Source of the DNA: Calditrichia bacterium
GTDB taxonomy: Bacteria > Calditrichota > Calditrichia > JAJRVZ01
Assembly (NCBI GenBank): GCA_963777955.1
Contig: CAVZSQ010000005.1
Span: 1-16,194 of the forward strand
DNA: 16,194 nt
Reading direction: 5' to 3'
The notes under the pieces are model-generated. The model worked only from the letters and a program-made list of their open reading frames with translations, was not told where the DNA came from and ran no database searches. Shown here piece after piece: positions 1 to 7,799 of this stretch (its first letter is position 1; the number at the start of each line of letters is the position of its first letter). The translations under genes and the position numbers were made by a program.

Positions 1-53
1 CCGAAGACAGGATTTCGATCGCCAAAAAGTATAATATGAAAAAATATCTTTAG
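1..53 (+). CDS. Probable 3' end of an upstream gene (…EDRISIAKKYNMKKYL*), product unknown
   Basis: Frame starting at 3 is open to TAG at 51-53, ending 26 nt before the next gene. Too short to identify. Confidence 0.3.
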   Translation, partial: EDRISIAKKYNMKKYL

Positions 54-79
54 ATCAGAACGATATAGGAGGAATACTC

Positions 80-1057
80 TTGAAAGCAGTTGTGTACACT
101 AAATATGGCTCGCCGGACGTGCTTAAACATACAGAGCTCCCGAAGCCAATTCCCCGGGACAATGAAGTGCTGATTAAAGTACAGGCGGCGTCCCTGAATG
201 CAGTCGATTGGCGTTTGCTGAGAGCTAAGCCGTTCTTTATCCGCCTGATGGGCCTGGGCCTGCTGAAGCCGAAAAATAGGATACTTGGAGCCGATGTGGC
301 GGGACGAGTTGAAGCAATTGGCCGGAACGTCAGGCAGTTTAAGCCGGGTGATGAGGTCTTCGGGGATATCTTCGGGTCTGGTTCGGGCAGTCTGGCCGAA
401 TATGTCTGTGCGCCTGAAAATGTCCTGGCGTCGAAACCAGCCAGGATATCATTCGAAGCAGCTGCGGCTGTACCACTGGCCGGCGTTACCGCATTGCAGG
501 GTTTGCGTGATAAAGGCAGGATTCAGCCGGGGCAGAGGGTTTTGGTCAATGGCGCCTCAGGTGGTGTGGGGACTTTTGCTGTGCAGATTGCCAAGTCGTT
601 TGGGGCCGAAGTCACCGCCGTTTGCAGCACAGGCAAAATAGACATGGTACGCTCACTTGGTGCAGATTACATCATCGATTATACCCGGGAAGATTTTACT
701 AAGAACGGACAGAGCTATGACCTGATTTTTGCCGCGAACGGATTTCATCCGATTTCAGATTATAAACGAGCTTTAAGTCCAAAGGGCATATATGTCATGG
801 CCGGGGGTTCCATGGCCCAGATGTTCCAGGCCCTGCTCCTGGGCCCATTAATTTCAATGACCGGCAGTAAGCAAATGTATGGTGTGTCCGCCAAAGCAAA
901 TCAGAAAGATTTACTATTTCTGAAAGAACTTCTCGAAACCGGTAAAATAGTACCGGTTATAGATAGACGTTTCCCCTTAAGTGAAGTTCCGGACGCATTC
1001 CGGTATCTTGAAGCGGGGCACGCCAAAGGAAAAGTAGTAATAATTATGGATCATTAG
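80..1057 (+). CDS. NAD(P)-dependent MDR-superfamily oxidoreductase (quinone oxidoreductase-like; usually annotated as alcohol dehydrogenase)
   Basis: TTG start with AGGAGG at 68-73; motifs MKAVVY..YGSPDVL, LGADVAGRVEAIG, GASGGVG nucleotide-binding loop, C-terminal GHAKGKVVI; no Cys-rich structural-Zn lobe. Confidence 0.9.
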   Translation: MKAVVYTKYGSPDVLKHTELPKPIPRDNEVLIKVQAASLNAVDWRLLRAKPFFIRLMGLGLLKPKNRILGADVAGRVEAIGRNVRQFKPGDEVFGDIFGSGSGSLAEYVCAPENVLASKPARISFEAAAAVPLAGVTALQGLRDKGRIQPGQRVLVNGASGGVGTFAVQIAKSFGAEVTAVCSTGKIDMVRSLGADYIIDYTREDFTKNGQSYDLIFAANGFHPISDYKRALSPKGIYVMAGGSMAQMFQALLLGPLISMTGSKQMYGVSAKANQKDLLFLKELLETGKIVPVIDRRFPLSEVPDAFRYLEAGHAKGKVVIIMDH

Positions 1058-1065
1058 GAGATGAA

Positions 1066-1452
1066 ATGGCCATTAGAATCGTCAGACTGGGCAGCCCCAG
1101 GGGAGAAGATGAAGGACTGCGCATCGGTACGGTTAGGCGTCCTCCCCGGGGAGTTCGCAAGGAAGATTACTCTGCCAAGAATTTTTATGATATCTGGTTT
1201 CCCAATCTTGCCCCCAGCGAGTCTTTGTTGAAGGAGGCAAAAGCAGCGAATGATGAAAAAGCGTGGAATCTTTTCAACCGAAAATTCCTGGCCGAATTGA
1301 AATCACCGCTGGCCAGTAAAGATTTGGATTTACTGGCTGCACTTTCGCATCAAACAAATATGTCAATAGGCTGCTATTGCCAGGATGAGAGCCGTTGCCA
1401 CCGTTCAATTTTGAGGGAACTTCTCGTTCAAAGAGGGGCCGACCTAAAGTAG
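1066..1452 (+). CDS. DUF488 family protein (YeaO-like)
   Basis: GLRIGTVRRPPRGVRKED, WFPNLAPS, C-terminal CYCQDESRCHRSIL; AGGAG RBS overlapping the previous stop. Confidence 0.8.
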   Translation: MAIRIVRLGSPRGEDEGLRIGTVRRPPRGVRKEDYSAKNFYDIWFPNLAPSESLLKEAKAANDEKAWNLFNRKFLAELKSPLASKDLDLLAALSHQTNMSIGCYCQDESRCHRSILRELLVQRGADLK

Positions 1453-1464
1453 ACTCAACCGGAG

Positions 1465-2340
1465 ATGGAAAATCTTAATAAAAGTACCGGCATCCTGGCC
1501 ATGGCGGCCACGGCATTTCTCTGGAGCATTGCCGGATTATTTATAAAAGTTATCGATTGGAATCCCATTGCCATAGCCGGTGTGCGCAGCCTGATAGCAT
1601 CAGTAATTATTATCTGCTATTTAAAGCAGCCCAGGATTCATCTTTCATTTCCGCAGATTGCGGCGGCGTTAGCCAATGCTGCAACCATGCTGCTGTTTGT
1701 CTCGGCCAATAAAACTACTACTGCCGCCAATGCGATTCTGCTTCAATATTTTGCACCGGTTTTGACTGTTTTTATCGGTGCTATCTTACTTAAGGAACGC
1801 ACCCGTGTTGAACATTTCGCAGCATTACCTCTGGTAACAGCAGGTATAATTATTATGTTTTTTGATAAACTGGCCGGCGGGAAATTACTGGGCAATGTCC
1901 TGGCAATCATGTCGGCAATAACTTTCAGTTTTTATATTGTGTTCATGCGTATGCAAAAAGATGGATCACCGCTGGAATCGATTCTGTTGTCACATTGGTT
2001 CACTGCCGGGACCTGCCTGATTATATCATTTTTCCTGCCGCTGCCGCAGGTAACTTCAAAAGCGCTTGCGGCCATTGCGGTATTAGGCATTGTGCAAATC
2101 GGTATATCAGCGATTTTATTTTCTATCGCGATTAAACGCATTTCTGCAGTTCAGGCTAATCTCATCGCAGTCATCGAACCGGTATTTAATCCCCTGTGGG
2201 TGTTCCTGGCGATAGGAGAAGCTCCGGGTATCAATACCCTGCTAGGCGGCGGAATCATTATTCTGGCGGTGACAGTTTCTTCCATTATCAGCGCACACCG
2301 GACAGAAGAAGTTGCTAGCTCTGACAAATTATTGAGGTAA
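1465..2340 (+). CDS. EamA/DMT family transporter
   Basis: 291 aa, about 10 hydrophobic segments in two repeats; TTAANAILLQYFAP, LLKER and IEPVFNPLW motifs; GGAG RBS. Confidence 0.88.
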   Translation: MENLNKSTGILAMAATAFLWSIAGLFIKVIDWNPIAIAGVRSLIASVIIICYLKQPRIHLSFPQIAAALANAATMLLFVSANKTTTAANAILLQYFAPVLTVFIGAILLKERTRVEHFAALPLVTAGIIIMFFDKLAGGKLLGNVLAIMSAITFSFYIVFMRMQKDGSPLESILLSHWFTAGTCLIISFFLPLPQVTSKALAAIAVLGIVQIGISAILFSIAIKRISAVQANLIAVIEPVFNPLWVFLAIGEAPGINTLLGGGIIILAVTVSSIISAHRTEEVASSDKLLR

Positions 2341-2346
2341 ATAAAT

Positions 2347-3495
2347 ATGAAGAGATTTTTGGTAGTTTTGGCCCTTTGTTTATTTTCTGTCTTTAATTCA
2401 TGCCGTGACTCCGCCGACAGTAACGACGAAATTCAACAGCCGCCGCCAACTGTCCACGACTCCCCCCTGGCCACTGTGCTCGACTCGATGCGTTATGCTT
2501 ATAAACTCCCGGCACTGGCCGGTGCCATAATCTGCGATACAAGTGTACTTGACGCGCAGGCAGTCGGCTGCCGGCGCTATGGCGGTCTGGCGAATGTAAC
2601 GAATAACGATCAATTCCATATCGGTTCGGATACCAAGGCCATCACCGCTGTGCTGATCGGACTCCTGGTGGACGAAGATCTTTTAAACTGGGATTCCACT
2701 TTATCGTTATTGTTTCCCGAATATGCGCAGACGATGCGGACTGAGTATCGTTCGGTCACGGTGCGCGATATCCTTTCCCACAGCGCTGGATTAGTAACCG
2801 ATCCCACTCTAACGCTTACGAAAACAACGTTGACCGAACAGCGCCTGGAAGTTGTTGCCTGGGCGGTTGCACAAACCCCGACGAACGCAATAGGAACATA
2901 TAACTATAGCAACACCGGTTACATCATCGCGGGTGCAATTGCGGATAAATTAACCGGTCGTGCTTATGAAGATCTGCTATTCGAAAAAGTTCTTCAACCA
3001 CTCGGAATAACCACTGCCGGATTCGGACCCATGGGCACGACCGGCCTCGAGGATCAACCTCTCCAGCATACACCTTCTTATAAACCTCTCGAACCGGGAT
3101 CGAATGCGGATAATCCACCTATTTATAATTCAGCGGGAAGACTGCATATGTCTATCGGCGACTGGGGCCGGTACATCCAGTGGGTACTGGCCTGTGAAGC
3201 CGGCCAGCCCACCTTGCTGCGCGCAGAGACCGCACAGATGCTGACTACGGGTGTAGTTCCGATGGATGGGGAGGGTTCGTACGCCTTCGGTTGGGCGGTC
3301 CTGGATCGGCCGTGGGCTAACGGCAGGGCGCTTACGCATGCGGGGAGTAATACATTTAACTTCGCCGTGGCCTGGCTCGCGCCGAACCGGAAGTTTGGTG
3401 TGATCGCTGCTACAAATATCTGTGCCAGCACCACACCGGCCTCAATGGATGCGGCCATCTGGCGGCTGATTTGTTTCCATTTAAATGGACAATAA
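2347..3495 (+). CDS. Serine hydrolase of the beta-lactamase/AmpC-like family, predicted lipoprotein
   Basis: SxxK (IGSDTK), ILSHSAG, YxN (YSN), HAG triad; signal peptide ending FNS-C; GAGGT RBS. Confidence 0.88.
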   Translation: MKRFLVVLALCLFSVFNSCRDSADSNDEIQQPPPTVHDSPLATVLDSMRYAYKLPALAGAIICDTSVLDAQAVGCRRYGGLANVTNNDQFHIGSDTKAITAVLIGLLVDEDLLNWDSTLSLLFPEYAQTMRTEYRSVTVRDILSHSAGLVTDPTLTLTKTTLTEQRLEVVAWAVAQTPTNAIGTYNYSNTGYIIAGAIADKLTGRAYEDLLFEKVLQPLGITTAGFGPMGTTGLEDQPLQHTPSYKPLEPGSNADNPPIYNSAGRLHMSIGDWGRYIQWVLACEAGQPTLLRAETAQMLTTGVVPMDGEGSYAFGWAVLDRPWANGRALTHAGSNTFNFAVAWLAPNRKFGVIAATNICASTTPASMDAAIWRLICFHLNGQ

Positions 3496-3614
3496 TGCGA
3501 AACCTTGAACAGGTACCTGAACCATACAACCAGTATCATCCAAAGTGCCATGAAAAATTGAGAGAATAAAATAATTATTGGGCAAATACAAAATCTGTGG
3601 AAGGAGATAAGATT

Positions 3615-3864
3615 ATGAAGATAGCCTTGATCATTGTGCGAAGTTTAATGGGGCTTTTATTCCTGTTTTCAGCGATTGCCTTTCTGACGGGAAGGTTTGT
3701 GCCCCTGGCGGCTGTATTGATTTCTCCCATCATCAGTAAATATTTTTTTTGTACATGCTTTTCTTGGTCCGGAAGGTTTACCGGTGGCGATATTTTTAGT
3801 GCTGGCAAACTCGTTTGTGATTTATAACCACCGGGAAAGTTACAAGCCGTTATTAAAGATTTAA
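3615..3864 (+). pseudogene. DoxX-like membrane protein remnant (apparent internal deletion plus +1 frameshift near 3735)
   Basis: AAGGAG 3601-3606, ATG 3615. MKIALIIVRSLMGLLFLFS-AIAFLTGRFVPLAAVLISPII continues in the +1 frame as VNIFFVHAFLGPEGLPVAIFLVLANSFVIYNHRESYKPLLKI* (TAA 3862-3864). Confidence 0.65.
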
Positions 3865-3918
3865 GATTCAGCAGCATTAATTTGAAATCATTATATTAAT
3901 CATACCGAAGGGGAAAAA

Positions 3919-4320
3919 ATGTTATATTATCTCAAACTTTACCTGGCAACGCTCGTCGCTTTCTTTGCCATTGATATGGTCTGGCTTGGCCTGGTGGCAC
4001 GTTCGTTTTATCGAAGACATCTTGGCTTTCTTCTGGCTCCTAATCCCAACTGGCTGGCGGCAATAATTTTTTATCTGTTATTTATTTTGGGAATCTTGCT
4101 GTTTGTGGTTCTACCCGGATTAAAAGGCAACTCGCTCAGGACAACCTTGCTGTACGCGGCTCTATTCGGACTCATCACCTATGCTACGTATGATCTGACC
4201 AATCTGGCCACTGTTAAAAACTGGCCGGTACTGGTCACCGTGGTGGATCTGATCTGGGGAACGGTCTTGAGCGTAGCGGTCAGCTGGGTTGGTTTTATGG
4301 CAGGCAAGTGGCTGAGTTAG
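3919..4320 (+). CDS. DUF2177 family membrane protein
   Basis: FFAIDMVWLG, AAIIFY, YATYDLTNLAT..NWP...VDLIWG motifs; 133 aa, about 4 TM segments. Confidence 0.88.
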   Translation: MLYYLKLYLATLVAFFAIDMVWLGLVARSFYRRHLGFLLAPNPNWLAAIIFYLLFILGILLFVVLPGLKGNSLRTTLLYAALFGLITYATYDLTNLATVKNWPVLVTVVDLIWGTVLSVAVSWVGFMAGKWLS

Positions 4321-4353
4321 GGCAGCATTGTGGATCTGAAAACCAGGGGGGAT

Positions 4354-6132
4354 ATGCAAATCAGGTATCTTGACAGTAACCGGTTATACTACGCTTTTTT
4401 AGCCGGCGGGGCAGCCGTTATCAGCAATCAGAATTATTTGAACAAAATCAATGTGTTCCCGGTAGCCGATGCCGATACAGGTACCAATATGGCTTCGACC
4501 ATGCGTTCGATCGTGGAAGGTACCCGAATTTATCCCTCGGTGAAAGATACGTTCCGCTCCATCGCTGATGCCGCTTTAATGGGAGCCAGAGGCAACTCCG
4601 GCATTATTTTCGCCCAGTTTATTCATGGTTTGAGCACGGAAATTCAACACGAAAAACGTATTATGGCTGCAGGTCTCGCTAATTGCTTAAATAAAGCGGT
4701 AGGGTATGCTTATGAATCTATTTTAGAGCCTGTGGAAGGAACCATGCTGACGGTAATGAAAGATTGGGCGCAGGCAATTAAGAAATACGCTGAAAAGAGC
4801 AATGATATCGTGGAAGTTTTACATCAATCTTTCATCACGGCCCAAAAGTCCTTAGCCGAGACACCTCAAAAACTTAAGATTCTGGCTGAGTCCGGGGTTG
4901 TCGATGCCGGAGCAAAAGGTTTTGTTGATTTCCTGGAAGGAATTAGCAAATATATCACCCATGGGAAATTAAAGGACATTTCAAAAGCAACACTGACCTG
5001 GTTTGATTCAAAAATTCATCCGGCAGGAAATTCAAAAGAGATTAAATATGGATATTGTTCCGAAGCAATTATCACCGGCAGCAAGCTGGACCCGAAAGAT
5101 TTCCAAAGACAATTTTCTGCCTATGGTGATTCTCTAGTCGTAGCGGGTTCTAAAGAAAAACTCCACCTGCATATTCATACCAACCAGCCGGCAGAACTCT
5201 TTTATGACATTAAAGATTACGGCGACATTGCTCAGATCAAAGTTGATGATATGAAGAAGCAATATGAGGTAAGCCGAACCCGGAAATATCCCGTCGCTCT
5301 GGTAACCGATTCCGCCTGCGATATTCCCGAAGAAATGATTAAAAAATATCAGATTCATATCCTGCCCTTTCAGGTGTCCTTTGGGAACAACCTGTTTCTG
5401 GATAAACTCACGATGACTTCCGAGCAATTTTACCAGATGCTCAAAACTGATAAAAGCCATCCTAAAAGTGCACAACCAGGTTATAAAAACATCCAGAACC
5501 TGTTTGCCTTTCTAAGCAGTCATTACGAATCAATAATCGCTGTACATATTTCCGATAAACTCAGCGGAGTCTTTCAGCAAAGTTTGATAGCGGGGAATAG
5601 AATAAAAAACAAACCCATCACGGTTATCAATTCCCGTCATCTTTCTGTTTCCGAGGGTCTGCTGGTCATGCGTATCGCCCAGGCTATCGAGACCGGTTTA
5701 ACTCACGATGCAATCATATTAAAATCTGGTGAATGGATCGATAAAATCAAAATATATGTGGATGTCAATTCGTTAAAGTATATGGTACGCGGCGGCAGGG
5801 TAAGTCATCTGAAAGGTTTAGTCGCTAAATTATTAAATTTAAAACCCATTGTAAGTCTGGATTCTGAGGGGAAAAGTATCGCCTTCGGCAAATCTTTCAG
5901 CCGGAAGGGGAATATGAAAAAAATCATCAATATAATTTCTGATATGAAAGACAAAGGTGAAATATGGAATTATGCAATTGTTCACTCCCAGGTACCGGAA
6001 AGGGCTGCTGTCTATGCAGAAAAATTGACCCGGATTCTTGATCTGCAGCCCGCGTACATTATGGACATATCACCTGTTGTCGGTGTCCACAACGGTATCG
6101 GCGCAGTGGGCATAGCTGTGATGTATCAATAA
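4354..6132 (+). CDS. DAK2 (FakA-like) - DegV (FakB-like) fusion, putative single-chain fatty acid kinase
   Basis: FakA motifs INVFPVADADTGTNM, GARGNSGII, PVEGTMLTV, GVVDAGAKG, YGYCSE...HLHIHT; DegV motifs VTDSACD, SAQP, ISDKLSG, RGGR, LKPIV, GVHNG. ATG 4354 after AGGGGGG is preferred to GTG 4330. Confidence 0.88.
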   Translation: MQIRYLDSNRLYYAFLAGGAAVISNQNYLNKINVFPVADADTGTNMASTMRSIVEGTRIYPSVKDTFRSIADAALMGARGNSGIIFAQFIHGLSTEIQHEKRIMAAGLANCLNKAVGYAYESILEPVEGTMLTVMKDWAQAIKKYAEKSNDIVEVLHQSFITAQKSLAETPQKLKILAESGVVDAGAKGFVDFLEGISKYITHGKLKDISKATLTWFDSKIHPAGNSKEIKYGYCSEAIITGSKLDPKDFQRQFSAYGDSLVVAGSKEKLHLHIHTNQPAELFYDIKDYGDIAQIKVDDMKKQYEVSRTRKYPVALVTDSACDIPEEMIKKYQIHILPFQVSFGNNLFLDKLTMTSEQFYQMLKTDKSHPKSAQPGYKNIQNLFAFLSSHYESIIAVHISDKLSGVFQQSLIAGNRIKNKPITVINSRHLSVSEGLLVMRIAQAIETGLTHDAIILKSGEWIDKIKIYVDVNSLKYMVRGGRVSHLKGLVAKLLNLKPIVSLDSEGKSIAFGKSFSRKGNMKKIINIISDMKDKGEIWNYAIVHSQVPERAAVYAEKLTRILDLQPAYIMDISPVVGVHNGIGAVGIAVMYQ

Positions 6133-6144
6133 GCAGGAATAAAT

Positions 6145-6916
6145 ATGTTTCTAGCAATTTTATACTCCGCACTAACAATATTGATCTATATGCTCGGTTG
6201 GTTTATTGCCGCCCTGCTCAAAAAAGATAATAGTATTGTGGATATTGCCTGGGGACTGGGTTTTGTAGTGATTGCGGCTGTAAATCTCCTCATGAGTGAG
6301 ACATGGTCCGGACGGCAGTTGCTCATAACGGTTTTAATCGTTATCTGGGCCTTCCGGCTGGCCGGGCACATCATCGTCCGCAACCGGGGCCGGGGAGAGG
6401 ATTTTCGCTATGCAAAATGGCGTGAAGAATGGGGCAAGAATGTAATCATAAAAACATTTATTAATGTTTTTATGTTACAAGGACTTTTTATGTTGATCAT
6501 CGCCTATCCGATCATTCTGGTTAATTGTACGGCACAAAAAGAATTAAATTTTTTAGATTTATTGGGATTAGCAGTCTGGTTAACAGGCTTTTTCTTTGAA
6601 TCCGTGGGGGATTATCAATTATATAAGTTCAAAAAGGACCGCTCCAACAAAGGGAAGATCATGACTTCAGGATTGTGGAAATATACGCGCCATCCCAACT
6701 ATTTTGGGGAAGCAGCCAGCTGGTGGGGTATTTTTCTGATTGCTCTATCGGCACCTTATGGCTTGACGGCCATTATCAGTCCCCTGGTCATAACATTCTT
6801 ATTGTTAAAAGTTTCCGGAGTACCCATGCTGGAGCAGAAATATAAAGATAATCCTGAATTTATGGAATATGCCGGAAAGACCAGCAGCTCTTATTCCCTG
6901 GTTTCCTCATTCGTAA
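6145..6916 (+). CDS. DUF1295 family membrane protein (steroid 5-alpha-reductase-like C-terminal region); true C-terminus probably in the +1 frame
   Basis: [46 protein letters not shown]; family-typical LIPWFP tail at 6890-6907 in the +1 frame with TAA 6914-6916 (ORF as read ends at 6924). Confidence 0.88.
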
Positions 6917-7041
6917 GATACTGATTATATATAACGATAAACGGATTATATACTTTTGGCTTATCAATGCAGCAGTTTTTAATCCACGCTCATGTGTTTC
7001 AACATCACAGCTGGTCGGTACAGCTGCTGACAATTTATTGT

Positions 7042-7082
7042 TTGCATTGGTTCGAATTTAGGTCTATATTTGGACTTAGATT
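7042..7082 (+). promoter_or_regulatory. Probable TA promoter with overlapping operator inverted repeat
   Basis: TTGCAT (7042-7047) N17 TATATT (7065-7070); inverted repeat AATTTAGGTCTA-tatt-TGGACTTAGATT (7055-7082) spans the -10, 22 nt before the antitoxin ATG. Confidence 0.65.
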
Positions 7083-7104
7083 TAAAATGTATAAGGAATA
7101 AATT

Positions 7105-7380
7105 ATGAAAAATATAAGTGTAGCAAATGATATAGTACCTATTGGTGAATTCAAAACCCGAATATCCAAATGGATTAATAAATCCAGAAAAACAAGACAT
7201 CCGATTGTCATAACCCAAAATGGAAAACCTGCAGCGGTAGTGCTTACTCCCACGGACTTCGATCAACTTCAGGAACTCAAGCAATTTACCGAATCAATTT
7301 CCCGGGGTTTGGCTGATGCTGATAAAGGAAAACTGTTAACTATACCTGAACTCATTGCTGAATTGGCAAAAAGAAGATAA
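7105..7380 (+). CDS. Type II antitoxin, Phd/YefM family
   Basis: 91 aa; IVPIGEFKT...HPIVITQNGKPAAVV; SISRGLADADKGK; lies directly upstream of a RelE/ParE toxin. Confidence 0.9.
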   Translation: MKNISVANDIVPIGEFKTRISKWINKSRKTRHPIVITQNGKPAAVVLTPTDFDQLQELKQFTESISRGLADADKGKLLTIPELIAELAKRR

Positions 7381-7392
7381 AACAGATCGCTG

Positions 7393-7689
7393 ATGAAACT
7401 GCTGTGGACGCATGAAGCATTAGCACGATTAATTGAAATCGAAGGATATATTGCAGATGATAGTCCGGTCAGGGCAAGAGAATTCAGTGCCCGACTTATC
7501 AAACGTGCCCAATCAATATCAAACAATCCACGAAAAGGAAGAATCGTTCCGGAATTTTCTTTACCTGCTCTGAGAGAATTGATATATAAAAAGTATCGAA
7601 TTGTTTATAGAATTCAAAATAATACTATAGAGATTTTAACCGTATTCGAGTCCCACAGTCTTATTCGAGTAAAAGAACTAATAAAATAA
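7393..7689 (+). CDS. Type II toxin, RelE/ParE family
   Basis: 98 aa; LLWTHEALARLIEIEGYIADDSP, PRKGRIVPE, LRELIY..YRIVYRI, IEILTVF. Confidence 0.9.
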   Translation: MKLLWTHEALARLIEIEGYIADDSPVRAREFSARLIKRAQSISNNPRKGRIVPEFSLPALRELIYKKYRIVYRIQNNTIEILTVFESHSLIRVKELIK

Positions 7690-7697
7690 TAGATGGA

Positions 7698-7786
7698 GTA
7701 CAACCGATCTCCTGTACAGAATGCCTGAGCAGTGACCTTGAGTTATTATATATATTGAACGGCATCTGTGGACAGGAGCGTTAAAC
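7698..7786. repeat. Imperfect inverted repeat (attC-like or regulatory hairpin) between toxin and blc
   Basis: Arms CTCCTGTACAGAATGCC (7709-7725) and GGCATCTGTGGACAGGAG (7761-7778) pair with small bulges; flanked by GTACAAC (7698-7704) and GTTAAAC (7780-7786). Confidence 0.5.
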
Positions 7787-7799
7787 ATGGGAGGCGAAT

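Noticed and set aside
2347..3495. Calling the serine hydrolase (or the MBL-fold protein at 12108-13030) an antibiotic-resistance beta-lactamase
   Set aside because: The motifs define broad superfamilies of esterases and peptidases; nothing specific to true beta-lactamases is visible.
3510..3579. 10-bp palindromes CAGGTACCTG (3510-3519) and AATAATTATT (3570-3579)
   Set aside because: Short, with no supporting promoter context or recognisable regulator consensus.
3871..4329. 8-bp direct repeat GCAGCATT flanking DUF2177 (3871-3878, 4322-4329)
   Set aside because: Short enough to occur by chance; no other sign of insertion.
6997..7035. Second possible attC (TTTCAAC…CAGCTG-gtcggta-CAGCTG)
   Set aside because: Short hairpin built from a self-palindromic hexamer with no GTTRRRY at the required distance.
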